A stretch of 57,554 bases of DNA, filler included, from Dugesia japonica (GCA_001938525.1; 6 parts of 6 records of this genome joined end to end with filler, not necessarily neighbours in it), one strand, 5' to 3'; positions 1 through 14,117 are shown, counted from the first letter of the whole stretch. Numbers and translations are program-made. The notes: a model not told the origin generated them from the letters alone.

Positions 1-37
1 AAAAATTCCCCGAATCAACATGTCTATTTAATTTACC

Positions 38-388
38 TCACAGTTTATACTGGCGTTTCAGCCATTTAATACAATATTGACCCCATAGAAATGTCAATAG
101 ATTCTGATACATAAGTTGATTGTATTCGACACGTTGTTGCATACTCTCCAATTTTATTACCAGTAATGGTGGATAAAAAATATACATTGAATCAAATACA
201 CGAATAATATTTGGTTTGACATGAATTGCGATTCAATGCTCACCATCCAAATTTGAGATATGTGTATAGATTACATAGTATCCGTTTTGTAAGAAATCCG
301 GTAATNATTCCAGTGGATACACCCCTTTGAATCGTTTGCTGCCAAAATCACGTCTCAATATTGTTTCAATCTGAAAAGTACTATTAAT
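38..388 (-). pseudogene. Polinton adenain-like cysteine protease
   Basis: Manual translation FKGVYPLEXLP..YYVIYTHISNLDGEH*IAI..VFDS..YPP..YNQLMYQ..LWGQYC; HW is now H-stop and the catalytic CGQYC reads WGQYC. Confidence 0.85.
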
Positions 389-479
389 CAATAAATTCTA
401 TTTAAAAAAAGCAATGCATACTTCATGCTATGCAATACATATATACATGTATGTGTATTTGTATGTATGTATTTATTGT

Positions 480-1612
480 TTATACAACCACTATTCCATT
501 CGTGGTGATTTGAATTTCTGAATCAAAAACTTCATATGCATACATTGTCACTGAATTCGTCGAGGCCTTATTGGAAGTTGCTGTTGATCAGCAACTAAGT
601 CGGGAGCCAATACAAAGGTGAAAAACGTATATGAATCCTTAAATTCCTTCATTGTAATACCGTTGTTTCGACCCATGTTACGAATAATCGATTGCGCATA
701 TGTCTCAGTATAATCGGTATCAAAGTCAGTAGTATATGTTTCTCGATAATCAACGTTTCTTGCCAAGCATATTGACTTTACACCGAAATTTGAGAATGAT
801 GAACAAAATGAACTTGCTTGTTTTGATTATTGGAAAGCAATCAAAAGAAATTTTGGTAATCGTTCATCGGAAAAGAGATTATCTTTATATTCTCCATGCA
901 AATTTTTCAGTATTGTAAAACGTACAATTTTTGTTTTCTGGAACGGATAAATTGCATTTTGATGTTCTAATCCTTGACGATCTCCAATCATAACCGACTG
1001 ATCAACACGAACACGTCGCACTACTAATTTTGCGTCTATAATGTACGGTTGAGGATTCATCTCAACTGTTTCTGTACCCTTGGTATATTTGTAAATTACC
1101 TAACCTACATTTCTCGTCAATTTGATTGTCAATTGACTCCCGGCAATAAATACTTTAGTTTTTGAAAGAAATCCAAATTAAGTGCACCACAGAGTGTTAG
1201 TTTGGAAGACGTTTTAATCCAACCCTTTCATCTTCTTTATGATAACCAATAGCTTCAAGAAAAGTGTTTTTCGTATCCTATCCAAAATTCAATGTTGCTT
1301 TAATTTGCATATACTTATCATTTGTATCTTCATTTTTTACATTATTTAGTGTTAATGGTGCTTCTTTAAATGGAGTATGAAGCAAATAATTGGAAGGAAT
1401 CATGTTGGTAGTATCAGTTGATGCAAATTCCGTCCCATCATGCTTTACCGTTTTCATTTTAATAATGAGTAACGTATCAATCAAATCCAAGTAATCATTA
1501 TCTGAACCAATAATGTTGAACTCAATTTATTGTCCAGCATACCCTGTTATAGAATTTTTTGGGTAGATTTCTTCAAATGTGGAGCTTTCAACAACAATTT
1601 GCGGTATATGAT
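480..1612 (-). pseudogene. Polinton major capsid protein (double jelly-roll), fragmented
   Basis: PQIVVESSTFEEIYP..IEFNIIGSDNDYLDL, NYLLHT, AKLVVRRVRV..AIYP, RLPKFLLIAF, NGITMKEF..FFTFVLAPD, VFDSEIQI spread over several frames. Confidence 0.85.
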
Positions 1613-1964
1613 GGTCCATTTCTACTTGAAAATCTGTTTTTAATATTACTTTCTTTTCATCGGAAAATATAAACCAATTATATTTATTAGTAGGGACGGT
1701 ATTTTTAAGTTGAAAACTACTATTTACAATACTTAATTGAAATTTATCTTCAATTTCCATCACTTCTCTTATTTTATATTCAATTTTTGAACCTTTCCGT
1801 ATAGTCTGTGGAAAGTAATTGAAAACAAATTCTGTCATATCAACTTCCCAATGGTCATCTTTTAAATTGATGGGATTCTCATAGTCGACCAAATACTTGC
1901 TCGCATTATTATCAGGTCGAGTTCTTGAACTGCAATTGCTTGGCAAAATTATATAGAAACTCAT
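1613..1964 (-). pseudogene. Polinton minor capsid (penton) N-terminal half, fused by deletion to MCP
   Basis: MSFYIILPSNCSS..PDNNASKY...PINL..HWEV is the typical penton N-terminus; ATG at 1964 overlaps the integrase stop (TAATG). Confidence 0.8.
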
Positions 1965-2200
1965 TATTGGATTTGAGATTCTTGAATCTACGTAGGCTTT
2001 GAATACCCATGCCATTCAACTAGATATTTTTTATATTGTCCTTGACCTTTGGTTTTGAGAATTGATTTAATTCGATATATACTTGGTTTTTCTGGCAACA
2101 CTTGCAATTCTTGCTCATAAAATTTGCCTTGAATAATATTATCATCTTCATCACGTATTACATACATAGTCAACTACGGTCTGATCTTGAGGATTCTTTA
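1964..2200 (-). pseudogene. Polinton integrase C-terminus with chromodomain
   Basis: YVIRDEDDNIIQGKFYEQELQ then YRIKSILK...YLVEWHGYSKPT*I chromodomain (W to TAG). Confidence 0.8.
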
Positions 2201-3233
2201 ATAAAATCAAATAGCTATATACTATTTGATTACGAGTACGATGCATTCCGCCTTGATGAAAAAGATTTTGGGTGATGAAGAACTAAAAAGATTTTTAACT
2301 ATAATATGATGAACTTATTTATTATTATAATCATCACATATGACGATCTCTTAATAATATAATATATTTATTATAATGATTAATTTAAGCATATTGTCAT
2401 CATCATATATGATGTCCTTATTTNNNNNNNNNTTTTATTGATTTTTATTATGATATCATCACTTATGATGACCTCATTTATATAATATTATCATTCATTA
2501 TATCATTCATTTTTTAATAATCAAAAAATAATTATGTCTCATCGAATTGAAAATATTATTCAAAAAGGAAATGGTAAATATATATTTATTTTTATTTATT
2601 TCAAAATTTTATATAGATAAAATATTTAATGATAATGTGGAAATAATTGATTCTGAAAATAAATCAATTCATAATCAAGAGATCATACCAAGAATTGGAT
2701 TACATGAAATTTTAAAAATGAATAGAAACGAAAATGGTAAAATATATTTATTATAATTAATTTTTACATTTTTTTCCTTATAAATGAAATTTTAGAAATA
2801 AATAAGTTTCGAAATAAATAAATGATCGAAATATATCGAAATATAAAGATATAAATTATAAATTTTTATAAATTTTTTATAAATTTTTAAAGATATAAAT
2901 TATGAATTTTTCTTTTTAATAAATATGAATCTTTTTATTATTGATAATAAATATTTTTAACAATTATTAACAATAATTTTTTATGAAATTTCTTTTAATA
3001 TCATTGTTATTACTAAATTATTTATTAATATTTATAAACATAAATATAACTAATTAATGTTAATAAATAGCAGCTTTTTTAATAATAAATACTTTTAATG
3101 AATATTACAATTATTATATATTATTCTAATTCATATTAAACATTATCAACATTTGTCATATCTTATTAATTTAATGAGTTATTTAATTTTTTGAAAAGTA
3201 TGTAATATGAATAACAAAATTTTTATTTAAACA

Positions 3234-3275
<42 letters not shown>

Positions 3276-3902
3276 TTGAAAATTTTTAATCAACTTTTAC
3301 TGAAATCAAAACCAATATCATTATTAAAATACTTATATATAAACAAAACAGTCAAGATAAATCAAGTCTATTAAAGAAAAGAAATAATTTATTATTTAAA
3401 TAAATTAAATTTATTATTCTTTATTTGTTATAGGAAGACTATAGTGTTAATAATAATAATAATAATAATTATTGCAAAATCAGTAAGCTTTTTATTTATT
3501 TCAATTCAATGTAATTTAAATAAATAATATTTTAATTGTTTGCTAAATATGATTGAAAGTTAGTGTACTTAATAACCATAATAACCATAAAAGATATAAA
3601 AGCATAACAGATACCATATATTAAACAAATATAGTCACTATTATTTTATTATTCTATCATTATTAATACATGATTTAGGATTTTAATTTAATTTTTTTAT
3701 AAAAGATTATTATCATCAGATATAAAATACATGTTATTAATGGAATTATATAAATTTGAGATTTTAGAAGAAAAATAAAACAAAACTATTGTCTTTTAAT
3801 TGTTATAATAATTAAATAACAATAAAATTATATTGAAAAAGTTTTTTAGTTATTTTGTTTATTTCAGAATACAAATATACAAGTCCGTTATATTAATTCT
3901 GT

Positions 3903-3903
3903 A

Positions 3904-3969
<66 letters not shown>

Positions 3970-4019
3970 NNNNNNNNNNNNNNNNNNNNNNNNNNNNNNN
4001 NNNNNNNNNNNNNNNNNNN

Positions 4020-4086
<67 letters not shown>
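3903..4086. repeat. (AAT)n microsatellite
   Basis: Pure AAT run spanning a gap; similar runs at about 3232-3273 and 8180-8245. Confidence 0.95.
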
Positions 4087-4087
<1 letters not shown>

Positions 4088-4143
4088 GGTCGAATTTTGT
4101 ATGATTTGATAGTTCAGCTATTAAACATACTAATCTACCTAAT

Positions 4144-7100
4144 ATGAAAAGTAAATTTAGTATAGAAAGGTTGATTGGATCATCATCATGTGATGATGAA
4201 CAACAACTTATATTTAATAATAATAGTGAGAGTAACAAAAATATTAGCATAGAACGGTTGCTTGGATTATCATCACATAATGATGAACAACAACTAATAT
4301 TTAATGATGGAAATAATAAAATCTATGATTCATCGTCATCTTGTTATAAACAATATGACAATGGTCAACAATTTGTAAGAAATATGGAAATAAAACTTTC
4401 TTTTGAAAATCAAAGTAATAAGAGGAGAAGAATAACAAATTTTCATAATGCATGCATTCGGAAATCAGATTTTAATGGAGATTGTGTAAGTCTCCAGTTT
4501 AAGGTGGATGATATGGAAATGAAGAGCATTCAAATTCCTAAAAATATTAAAAATAAAATGGAAGAAGAAGTTGATAAATTTGAAAATTAAATTTGGAGTC
4601 TTTGCCGAATTTGAGAAAGGCAATCAAGAAGATGAAGAAATCAAACAATGGTATTGGTCCTACAAGGCGATGAAACCCTCGGAAGATTTCATGGGAAAAA
4701 TAACTGCAAAAGCAAATGAAGAAATTGCTACATATTCTGAGCTCAGAAGTGGATGGAAAATTAAAANAATATTAGAGCTCAGATTTATTTTGGTAAAATT
4801 TTCGCCAGTAATCTATTTATCTGGCAGATCATTCTTTCAGAGTCCTGCAGCATTAAAACAATCAAAATCAATAGTCAATGTGCACAATAAAGATAATATG
4901 TGTTTTATATATACTGTGCTTGCCACAAAAATATGAACCATATTTTAATGAGTTAGTGTATAATGAGCAGAAGATGCCGATGAAGGTCATCAACATTCCA
5001 GAATTGGAAAGAAAAAATAATCTATCAATCACGGTATTCAAATACAATGATTCGATTGATGTGGATGATGAAATTTCATATAAAAATCCTCATGTGGATA
5101 TATAATAATAATAAACACTAAAGGATGTGTAGTGAATTTACTAGTTTTGGAAAATGGTCGAGGATTTCATTACATGGGCGTAATAAATTTAGATAGACTG
5201 TTAAATTTAAAAGATCAGACACGAAAAATTTGAATTGAAAGAAAATGGTGTTCAAAATGTCTACATGGATTCTGGACACAATCTACATTTGATCGTCATG
5301 TAGCTTTGTGCACTCAAATAACAGAAAAGATAACCTGAATACACAATGCCTGAAGAAAAAGAGTTGGAAAGACCATGAAACCAGCTTTTGTTATTTATGC
5401 AGATATTGAAGCTATCTTAGTACCGGAAGATTACGGTATGGTGAAACACGTACCGATAGCTGTATGAATTTTACTTATTTCCATATTAAATACTACAAAT
5501 AAATGTGAATACTATGCATTTTCTGGGGAAAATTGCATGGTTGAGGTTTTACAGTGTATTGATCGGTTGTTGAAAGATGTAGTGGTACCATGGTACAATA
5601 CAAATACGCATACAGATAGGAACTTGTCAACATTGGAACAAGAAGCGTTCACAAAGAGTATAAATTGTTACATGTGTGGAAATAAAAAGCGAAGTTAGTT
5701 CGTGATCATGATCATTATTCTGGAAAATATCTTGCAGCGACATGTAGTCAATGTAACTTATCACGTAAATCAGAAGAGAGTTGCCTGTTGTGTTTCATAA
5801 CTTTAAGGGTTATGATTCACATCATATAGTCAAATATGCGCTTAATTAATTCAAACATTGGGAAATCAAACCAATCGCTCAAACTATTGAAAACTTTTTG
5901 GCCATGTTTGTACTTGTTGACGGTGTTACAGTTCGATTCATCGACTTTATCTGCAAATCTAGATGGCTGGCCAATAACATCAATAGAGTTTCATCAAAAA
6001 ACTCAAAGAAAAGGTATTTTTCCATACAAATTCGCAACATCAAATGAAATTTAGATAAATCAACCAACATTACCACCACAATGATCTGAAATAACGGAAC
6101 AAGAATATGAAATGGCAAAGGGGGCATGGACTGAATCTGGTTTTAAGAATCTATTAGAATATATGCTTTATTATGTGAAATTGGATATTTATTTACTCGC
6201 TGGTATATTTCAAACATTCCGAGAAAAAGCAATTGACGAGCATGGATTGCAGCCACTTCGATTTGTTTCATAACCTGTACTGAGTTGGTCAAGTGCACTT
6301 AAAACAATGGATCGGTCGATGGAGTTGCTTCAGGATCCAGAAATACATCGATTATTTTAATTGGGTATTTGTGTGGGGATGACATTTGTGAATAGTCTTC
6401 ATGTTCAAGTAGATGAGAATACCTCACTGCTCTATATCAAAATAAATAATTTATATGGTTGGGCATTAACACAGCCTTTGCAATATAAAGATTTCAAATT
6501 TATAGAAAAAGATCAAGTGGAAGAAATATATCAAGAAATGCTATGCAATGATGTCAATTCAGATATTGGATATTTCTTGGAAATTTATTTGGAAATACCT
6601 ATCAAACATCATGATAGGTTTGATCAGTTACCATTGGCTCCAGAACATAAATATCCTCCGGGATCGAAAGTGAAGAAACGGTTGCTGACCCATGAACCAA
6701 AACAACATTACGTTATATATTGGCTTTTATTGAAATTATATTTAAAATTGCGGGCTTGTGTTACTACAGTGCGTAGAATAGTAGAGTTTAAGGAAACAGA
6801 GATATATGAAAGTTACATAAATGCAAATTCAGCGAGATGAGCAGCTTCAAAAACAAAATTTGAAAAGGATTTTTACAAGCTTTTAAACAATGCTCTATAT
6901 GGAAAAACTGTAGAAAATTTGAAAAAAAGAATGAATCTCCAGCTTTGCCATAATGAAAAAAAATTGTAACTTATACCAGCAAAGTTACACTCAAAAAGAC
7001 AATGTATTAGTAAAAACAATATCTGTTTAAATAGACAAAGCTATATTAGACAAGTTGTCTTTAATTAAAGCAAGTTGAGAATGTANCAATTGCAATATGA

Positions 7101-7160
7101 AGAACTTGAAGAATATCGTCAACGGTTTGAATGCAAGATTGATATTATTTCAGGCGATAC
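4144..7160 (+). pseudogene. Protein-primed family B DNA polymerase (pPolB) of Polinton, with EndoVII-like Zn insert
   Basis: SGW..., NVHNKDNMCF, VIYADIEA (exonuclease), CYMC..RDHDHYSGKY..CSQCNL, VFHNFKGYDSH, RKGIFPY, NNLYGWA, YKLLNNALYGKTVEN, SGDT; many stops and frameshifts. Confidence 0.92.
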
Positions 7161-8209
7161 AAAACTATCTGTATCTTTCAAAACAAAAATGATCATTTGT
7201 AATAATATTAATATATCTTTTAAAATTTTCAAAACAAAATCACTTGCTATTAAATTATCATTTTAAAATCTTCTGTACTTCAAAACAAAAAAATTGACAT
7301 TTCCAAAAATTTTAATTTATTTTAATTTCTTAATTAAATTTGTGATTTTGAATTTTTTTTAAAAAAGATTTTTTAAAACATAATTTCCAACCAGAGCACA
7401 AAAAATGTTAACTTGCTTCTAAACTAATCACAATGTTAAATATTGATGTGTAAATAAATTAATGAAGTGTAGGAATAATGTAGCACTCACGCTTCATTAA
7501 TTTAATGATGTCTATTAATGTTCTCACTCAATTAATTAGGAATTTATTATGTGTGAAATGACCTGTCAATTATCTGTTCCAGATCTCACTAATCAACCTA
7601 CTGATACACTTACTATTTATTAAAATAAAATTACTATATAAAATAAGAAAATAATTGTTTGCTAATAATATATATATACGTAAGAAATTTTTAACAAAGA
7701 AAGAAGAATCATTCGCCAATGATGAGATTTGTGTAGATTTAGCTAAATATTTCTACTGAAAAATTACAATTCAAAAATTTATTAAATATCAAATATTTAA
7801 AAGTAGAACAGTCGTAAAGAAATATATAAGAAAAATTATAAAAGTATTCTAAAATCAGAATAAATTGAAGTCAAACTGGAGACTATTAATATTGAAATTA
7901 TGTTTCTTTTATTCATAAAAATTGGAAAAAAATCGTTTAAAGAAAGGTGTCAAACAATTAGTTTTAGTCTATCCTTGATAGAATTTTCTTGTAAGTTTAC
8001 CATTATTTAAACAATAATCAGTATAATCAAAAAAACAATTCACCTATAAATAATTCTTTCCATTCTATACTCAACATTTTGTGAATAAAATAAAGTTAAA
8101 ATTTTCTAGAAAAAAATTTTAGATTCTTATTTTATCCAGCTTAATTAAAAATAATTAAAATAAGTTGAATAATTTATTAGATAATAATAAAAATAATAGA
8201 AATAATAAA

Positions 8210-8244
<35 letters not shown>

Positions 8245-8584
8245 NNNNNNNNNNNNNNNNNNNNNNNNNNNNNNNNNNNNNNNNNNNNTTAATTAATTAA
8301 NNNNNNNNNNNNNNNNNNNNNNNNNNNNNNNNNNNNNNNNNNNNAGATGATGATATTTGTTGCTTTCTAGTTTGCTTGATTAAGCAGCCAGTGGATCACA
8401 ACACATTTCAAAGCGGGACACTGAGTCATTTGGGTTGGTCACCTTTGTTCTAGCATTAGATTTTATATTGAATTAATAAAGGTTATTTCACAATTCATTT
8501 AATAATCGTTTTTCAAATTAAAAACTATTTTTATGATATCATTTTAATTTGATTTATATTTTTTTTATTCTAGTGAAAACTTAC

Positions 8585-8700
8585 GAATAATGGAGTCTTT
8601 TCGTGTTATTATACACCCATTGACCCGGAATGTCTCGACAGTTTGCATCTATCCAATACGTGTCTTTTCCCGAATCGAATATTGACTTTAGAATTCTTTT
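8585..8700 (-). CDS. Candidate C-type-lectin-like exon (possibly pseudogenic)
   Basis: tttttag acceptor, open frame KRILKSIFDSGKDTYWIDANCRDIPGQWVYNNTKRLHY, gtaag donor; upstream HIENTCFLY at about 8840-8870. Confidence 0.35.
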
Positions 8701-9649
8701 CTAAAAAAATATTAAAAAATTGAAAAGTAAAATACTTTACTGATTAAAGTTAGTCTAAAAATTACTTAATTAGGTGGATTTTATTGCCAATTTTTTTTCG
8801 TTACGATTTTGTGCTAGTATTAATGATTTTGTTGGCATGATACAAGAAACATGTATTTTCAATATGTAAATTAATAATAATATTTTAACCCACCTTATTA
8901 TTCAACATTCAGAATTTACAAAAGTTTTGCTTATTAATTTAAGAAATTAGAAATAGTACAAGAAATAAATGGAACTAGTCTACGTATTCACAAATTGATA
9001 AATATCGTTGAAATTTTATAGCAAAAAGAATCTACTAACACCATTAATTCATTTTACAGAAAATAAATTTATTTCTTGTATTTAATTAAATTAAAAGCTT
9101 CTATCAAAGTATTTTTTTATTTTTTAAATATTTTTTCAGTTCTTAATAGTACTTTAAATTTTCCATTTTGTATTTCTGACGAATCAAAAACTGCCTATAA
9201 ATTGCTTAAAGAACTGCTATAAAAAAATGATTCCGTGATGAATAATTTTTGCGCAAATTTTTTTATAATCGCTAGAAATTTGAATTCAAATATTTTTGCA
9301 GGAAATTATTTTGTTTTAAATGATCGGAAAATTTTTGTCGCGAATAATTTGAATTTTTATTTTGCTTTATTAATATTATTTATTTTTTATTTACGAATTT
9401 TAAGAAACTTAATTTTAAATTGTGAAAGTGAAAATTATTAAGTTAAGAAATTTAAGTTTTAAAAATGTATGATTGGAAATTTTTCTTTTTTTTGTTGAAA
9501 TATTTTTTATATTAAATTGAAATAACTAATTTATCATTATAATAAAATAAACTTAAAAGTTTTATTCAATATATTTCAATATTATTATAAAGAGTAAAAA
9601 CATTGAAAAGAATTGAACAAATATTAATTAAAATTATTGTTTTACTGTT

Positions 9650-9900
9650 TTAGAAAAAAATACTAGAAATATAATTTGGAATTTCTGAAAATTTTAGAAA
9701 TATTTTTTTTAATTTCATCACGGTGGCAAATGGTATCTTATCAATAGCGGTAAGGTTTTCCAATACGAATTCTGTACTTGATTTTGAAAGAAATGAAGAA
9801 ATCATAGGAGGCGGTGAATTATTTTGAGTTTGACTAAATATGGATTTCAAATCTATTAGTAAATTATGTTTATGCTTCATGTGATACTAATTAAGCGTTT
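9650..9900 (-). pseudogene. Possible hAT transposase N-terminal remnant
   Basis: HMKHKH resembles a BED-finger end and LTAIDKIPFATV resembles the hAT DxxPF motif; weak. Confidence 0.25.
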
Positions 9901-10234
9901 TGTATTCATTCAATTTAAATCTTGGAAAATTGACCATTTCATCTTTATTTCAATTGTTAATACATTAAAAAAAGCCGATTAATTGATCTTTTTATGATTA
10001 ATCGATAAACAAACACCTCATACACTTTGTTTACAAAACCTTCCTGAAAAGCATTTTAGATACCCCTAAACATTATGTTATGATAAAGAGTAGCAAAACG
10101 AATATATTGCATTAAGCAGATGAAATGATTGACTAAAGCCATGTTATTGACAACAATCATTAAAGCAAGACATTCACCTATTTAGGTTTTCTCAACATTT
10201 CTGAAAATATTTAATAATTTGTGTGGCTTTAGAG

Positions 10235-10549
10235 CGGCGGTTCCTAACCTTTCTGGTGTTGTGACCCTTTGATATTATTTCCCAAGTTGTGGCGACCCTT
10301 ACGATAAAATTAATTGAGTTGCACCTCCTTCACCACATTTTTGCAGATAACTGTTATGTATTTGATTTCTAAAAAACCAGTCAATGATATAGGCACCATG
10401 TTTTCAGTTACATATTTTACATAATGAAATCATAATAATTTATCAAAATAACAATTTGTTTTATTTTTCTAAATATTTAAACAAAATGAATTTGCAGAAG
10501 GTTCAGGCCACCCCTGTTAGGGTCGCGACCCACAGGTTTGGAACCGCTA
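10235..10549. mobile_element. Non-autonomous hAT (Charlie-like) MITE, 315 bp
   Basis: TIRs cggcggttcctaacct / aggtttggaaccgcta, subterminal gggtcgcgaccc, perfect 8-bp TSD CTTTAGAG (10227-10234 and 10550-10557). Confidence 0.9.
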
Positions 10550-11499
10550 CTTTAGAGCAATAACCTTATGTGTATATCATTTTCTTTCTAGTTCTTGTTT
10601 TTCAGACAATCTAAACGGCATCACCGGCTTTGAAGCTTTCAAAAATGTACACTACATTTTATATACCCTTGGTAATTTCTATACTCATGTGTGCTCGAAT
10701 GTGATTACAAATACTTCAAAATATTAGAACAGTATACACATTTCACTGAAAAAATACTTGCAGCCTCAACTTTAGTTTACCCGCTTTTATTCAAAGAACA
10801 CAAACTGTTGGCATCAAGATGACACATTACTTATTATCCGAAAAAATACAGATGTTTAAAAATTTACGTATANNNNNNNNNNNNNNNNNNNNNNNNNNNN
10901 NNNNNNNNNNNNNNNNNNNNNNNNNNNNNNNNNNNNNNNNNNNNNNNNNNNNNNNNNNNNNNNNNNNNNNNNNNNNNNNNNNNNNNNNNNNNNNNNNNNN
11001 NNNNNNNNNNNNNNNTTGACATTTAATTTCGATACAATTTAAACTCTAAAAATACAAATACATGTTAAGCAACGAAAATGTAAGATAAACAAAGTATTCA
11101 TATAAACTTAACAACTGATTAGTATAATATTATAGACAATATGATTTAACATATAACTTCATCAGTTCAAGGTAATAATAACTAACATTAATCCAAAAAG
11201 TTATTTAATAGTAGATGATTTTCCAGAAAAATATGAAATAGATGCAACATCAAAAGAAGAGATGAACAATGCACAACCAAATGATGTCATTATTGATGAG
11301 GTAATAATTGAGATGCCTCCAAATGATAATATTTCTGATGAAGTCAAGCCTGACGCTTCTACAAATAAGGATATGATTCGTGAGGAAATGACTGATTCAC
11401 AGTCCAATGAGGAAATAAATGATAAAGAAATGACTGATGAAGACATATAGATTGAATTTTTAAATGAGTAATAAAGAACATGTGAGTGGTTTAAATAAA

Positions 11500-14117
11500 T
11501 TTTTCTCATAATTGTCTTTTGTGTGTTATCTTACATAGATATTTTAATTGTATTAATAAGATGTCATTAAAATCTTTCCAAAATTATAAAGACGTCATTA
11601 CAATTTTTAATAAATTACATAGAAGTCGGTGAAATATTTAATAAATTGCATAGAGGTCTATAAAAACCGTTCAAAATTTCATAGAAGTAAGTGAAATATT
11701 TTAAAATTTGTATAAAAAATGTCTTTTTCAACTTTGTATTTTTTGAGTCTAAATTGTATCGAAACAATAAACTTTGTGATGCTACTCATGACCTTAAGAA
11801 AAAAATTTTGATTACCTTGAAAAAAAAAACATATTTAAAAAAAAATGTTTAAAAAAAAATTTTAATAAAAGAAATTGCAAAAAAAATATAAAAAAAAGTT
11901 TTTTTGTTATACTTTTTATATTCAAAGTTTTATCGAAACAAACAACTTTTTTATATTAGTCGTTAATACAATGTATGGATAGGTTTGAATTCTTTATCTT
12001 ATTTTACAAGAACAAATTTAGAAAATAAAAAATGGCGTCAGTTACCCTCTTTTAGAAATTTCTTTATTGAATACCTTTTTATGACGATGGCAACTAAAAT
12101 GTTTTTATACACCAATTTGTCCACCAATAGAGAGCGCGTCATTCAAAATTAAATTTGGCGCAATATCATGTATCTACTTGGCTCTGTGCTAAAAAAACAT
12201 AATTTCTCTGTTTCCATTTTTTGACCGGAAGGAAGCATTTTAAGATACAGGTTTAAGAGACTTTCCTATCTTAATTTTTAACTTTACATCTAACCATAAA
12301 TTTTCATCCAAATAGGTTGTCATCGAGTGGATGGGGGTGTTTCAGTGAGATCATAACCTTTGTGTCGAATTGAAGCATTTTTCGATACAAGTACTTTAGG
12401 CAATATATAAGTAGTTTTTAATTTTAGGAAGATTGATAAAATTTCAAGCCGATATCTTTTAAAATGAAGGTGTTGTTTGGTTTAAATCTTTAATAACTTT
12501 TTAAGGGCATACCCGAGGAAACCTTTAAACGCATAACATTGCGTGTCTAATGATACAAAATTGTTTTTATACGATGAAAATTACACACAGGAGAATCAAA
12601 AAACGCCTAAAACTTTGAAAATTGATTACACAATCAATTTAATTATTACTAAATCGATTATGTAATCAAAAATAATTAAATTTCCCAACTCAATTTTAAT
12701 GAGGAAGCTTGCATTTTAGGATTATAGTTCATGAGACATTCCTATCTTACTTTATTTTTCTTTACCTATGCTGAAACTTTCGTCGTGGTCGGTTGTCAGC
12801 TTGAGCTGTGTTCTTCACTTTCAAAGGTGAATTACGTATGGAAAAAATGTATTTTTCGATACAACTACTTTAGGCAATATATAGGCAGTTTTGTATTCTC
12901 CATCTGATGATATATATTTCGAGACTATATCTTTCAAAAATGGCGCTGCTCTTATTTTTAATCATTAATGTCCTTTGAATTACATCTCCGAATAAAAATT
13001 TAATTGCACCATATTTGCACCTTTAATTTAATTGCACGTTTAAATGATTTGTGTTTGTCATGATAAAAATTATAGTTTATTATTAAATTAATGATAATTT
13101 AATCAGACTTTATCTTTTTTCTTTATTATTATATTAAATACTTTGAATAAAAAAATAATAAACAAAAAAAATAAATAATATATTGAGATTCTAATATAGC
13201 ATTAATGTTTGTCATCTAATTACAATTCCAACGATATTAAGTTTGTCATCATAGCATGTATAAATGCGTTTTAAATCAAAGTTTTTAAATTTAAAAAGTC
13301 TTTGTGATAGTACGCAATTATCTACCTACTCCAACAAAATCGCAATTTTACCCATGAAAAAAGCGTTTTTTATTATAGTCATTTAAAAAATATATAGACA
13401 CTTTCCAATTTACTTTTAGGTAATTGTAATTTCAAGTTGAAAATTTAAATCTCCATAGCTCTAAAATCACATGTTTTGAGCTATTTATATTCTACTTTAT
13501 TATCTATCGATTCATACAAAAAGATTTATGGCTGGATTTAAAATATTTTAATGTAAACCGTTTTGAAAAGGTTTTAAAATTTTAAAACGTGAATAACGTT
13601 TTTTCAACATGTCTGACAAAATTCAAACCTGTGTTATTGATCTGAGTATAACGTTTTACACAAGAATGTAAAATTTCGTTTTCACCAGACCTATATTTCG
13701 ACCGCTAGAGGGAAGGTCTTTGTTTGGTTTTTTGTAAATCTGAGAAAACGAAGCGCTTTACGATAGTAGTACTTTAGATAATGTATAAGTAGTTTATAAT
13801 TATCTATCAAATGATGTAGGAATTAACTTTAAAACATAAAATGGCGACTGTAAATTGTTTTTCTTGTTTAAATCTTTGATAACATTTTACATTTAAATGC
13901 TGTGAGACATTCAAGCATACTATATTGTTTAACGCTTTATTGGGCATCCAATAAGTTTGTTTTCATCGGATGCTTCTAACCAATGCTACGCAAATTTTTA
14001 GGAAAAATATATGTCAGCAAAAATAAAGACTTCAAAAAAAACTGAAAATAAAATTTTCCAGAGAGAGGGGTTGAAATTAAAAAAGTCTTTGTAATAGTGC
14101 GCCACTATCTACCTACT
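11500..14117 (-). mobile_element. Polinton terminal region with two termini (ending at 13330 and 14117)
   Basis: Both ends read AGTAGGTAGATA on the minus strand, preceded by aaaaagtctttgt; diverged internal unit (cgatacaagtactttaggcaatatataag) at about 12385, 12857 and 13761. Confidence 0.65.

Larger units (their letters stand above)
1..7200. mobile_element. Decayed Polinton/Maverick internal region (INT tail-penton-MCP-protease on minus strand, pPolB on plus strand)
   Basis: Five hallmark Polinton genes recognisable by motif, all with stops or frameshifts; no termini seen in this contig. Confidence 0.9.

Noticed and set aside
38-2200. Stop-codon recoding, since several Trp positions are TGA/TAG
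   Set aside because: Frameshifts and catalytic substitutions accompany them; ordinary G-to-A decay explains it
3888-4250. Poly-Leu membrane-like ORF
   Set aside because: Antisense reading of (AAT)n plus a gap
8289-8300. TTAATTAATTAA flanked by Ns (also at 20833, 29201, 38745, 47530)
   Set aside because: Six-frame-stop assembly linker, not biological
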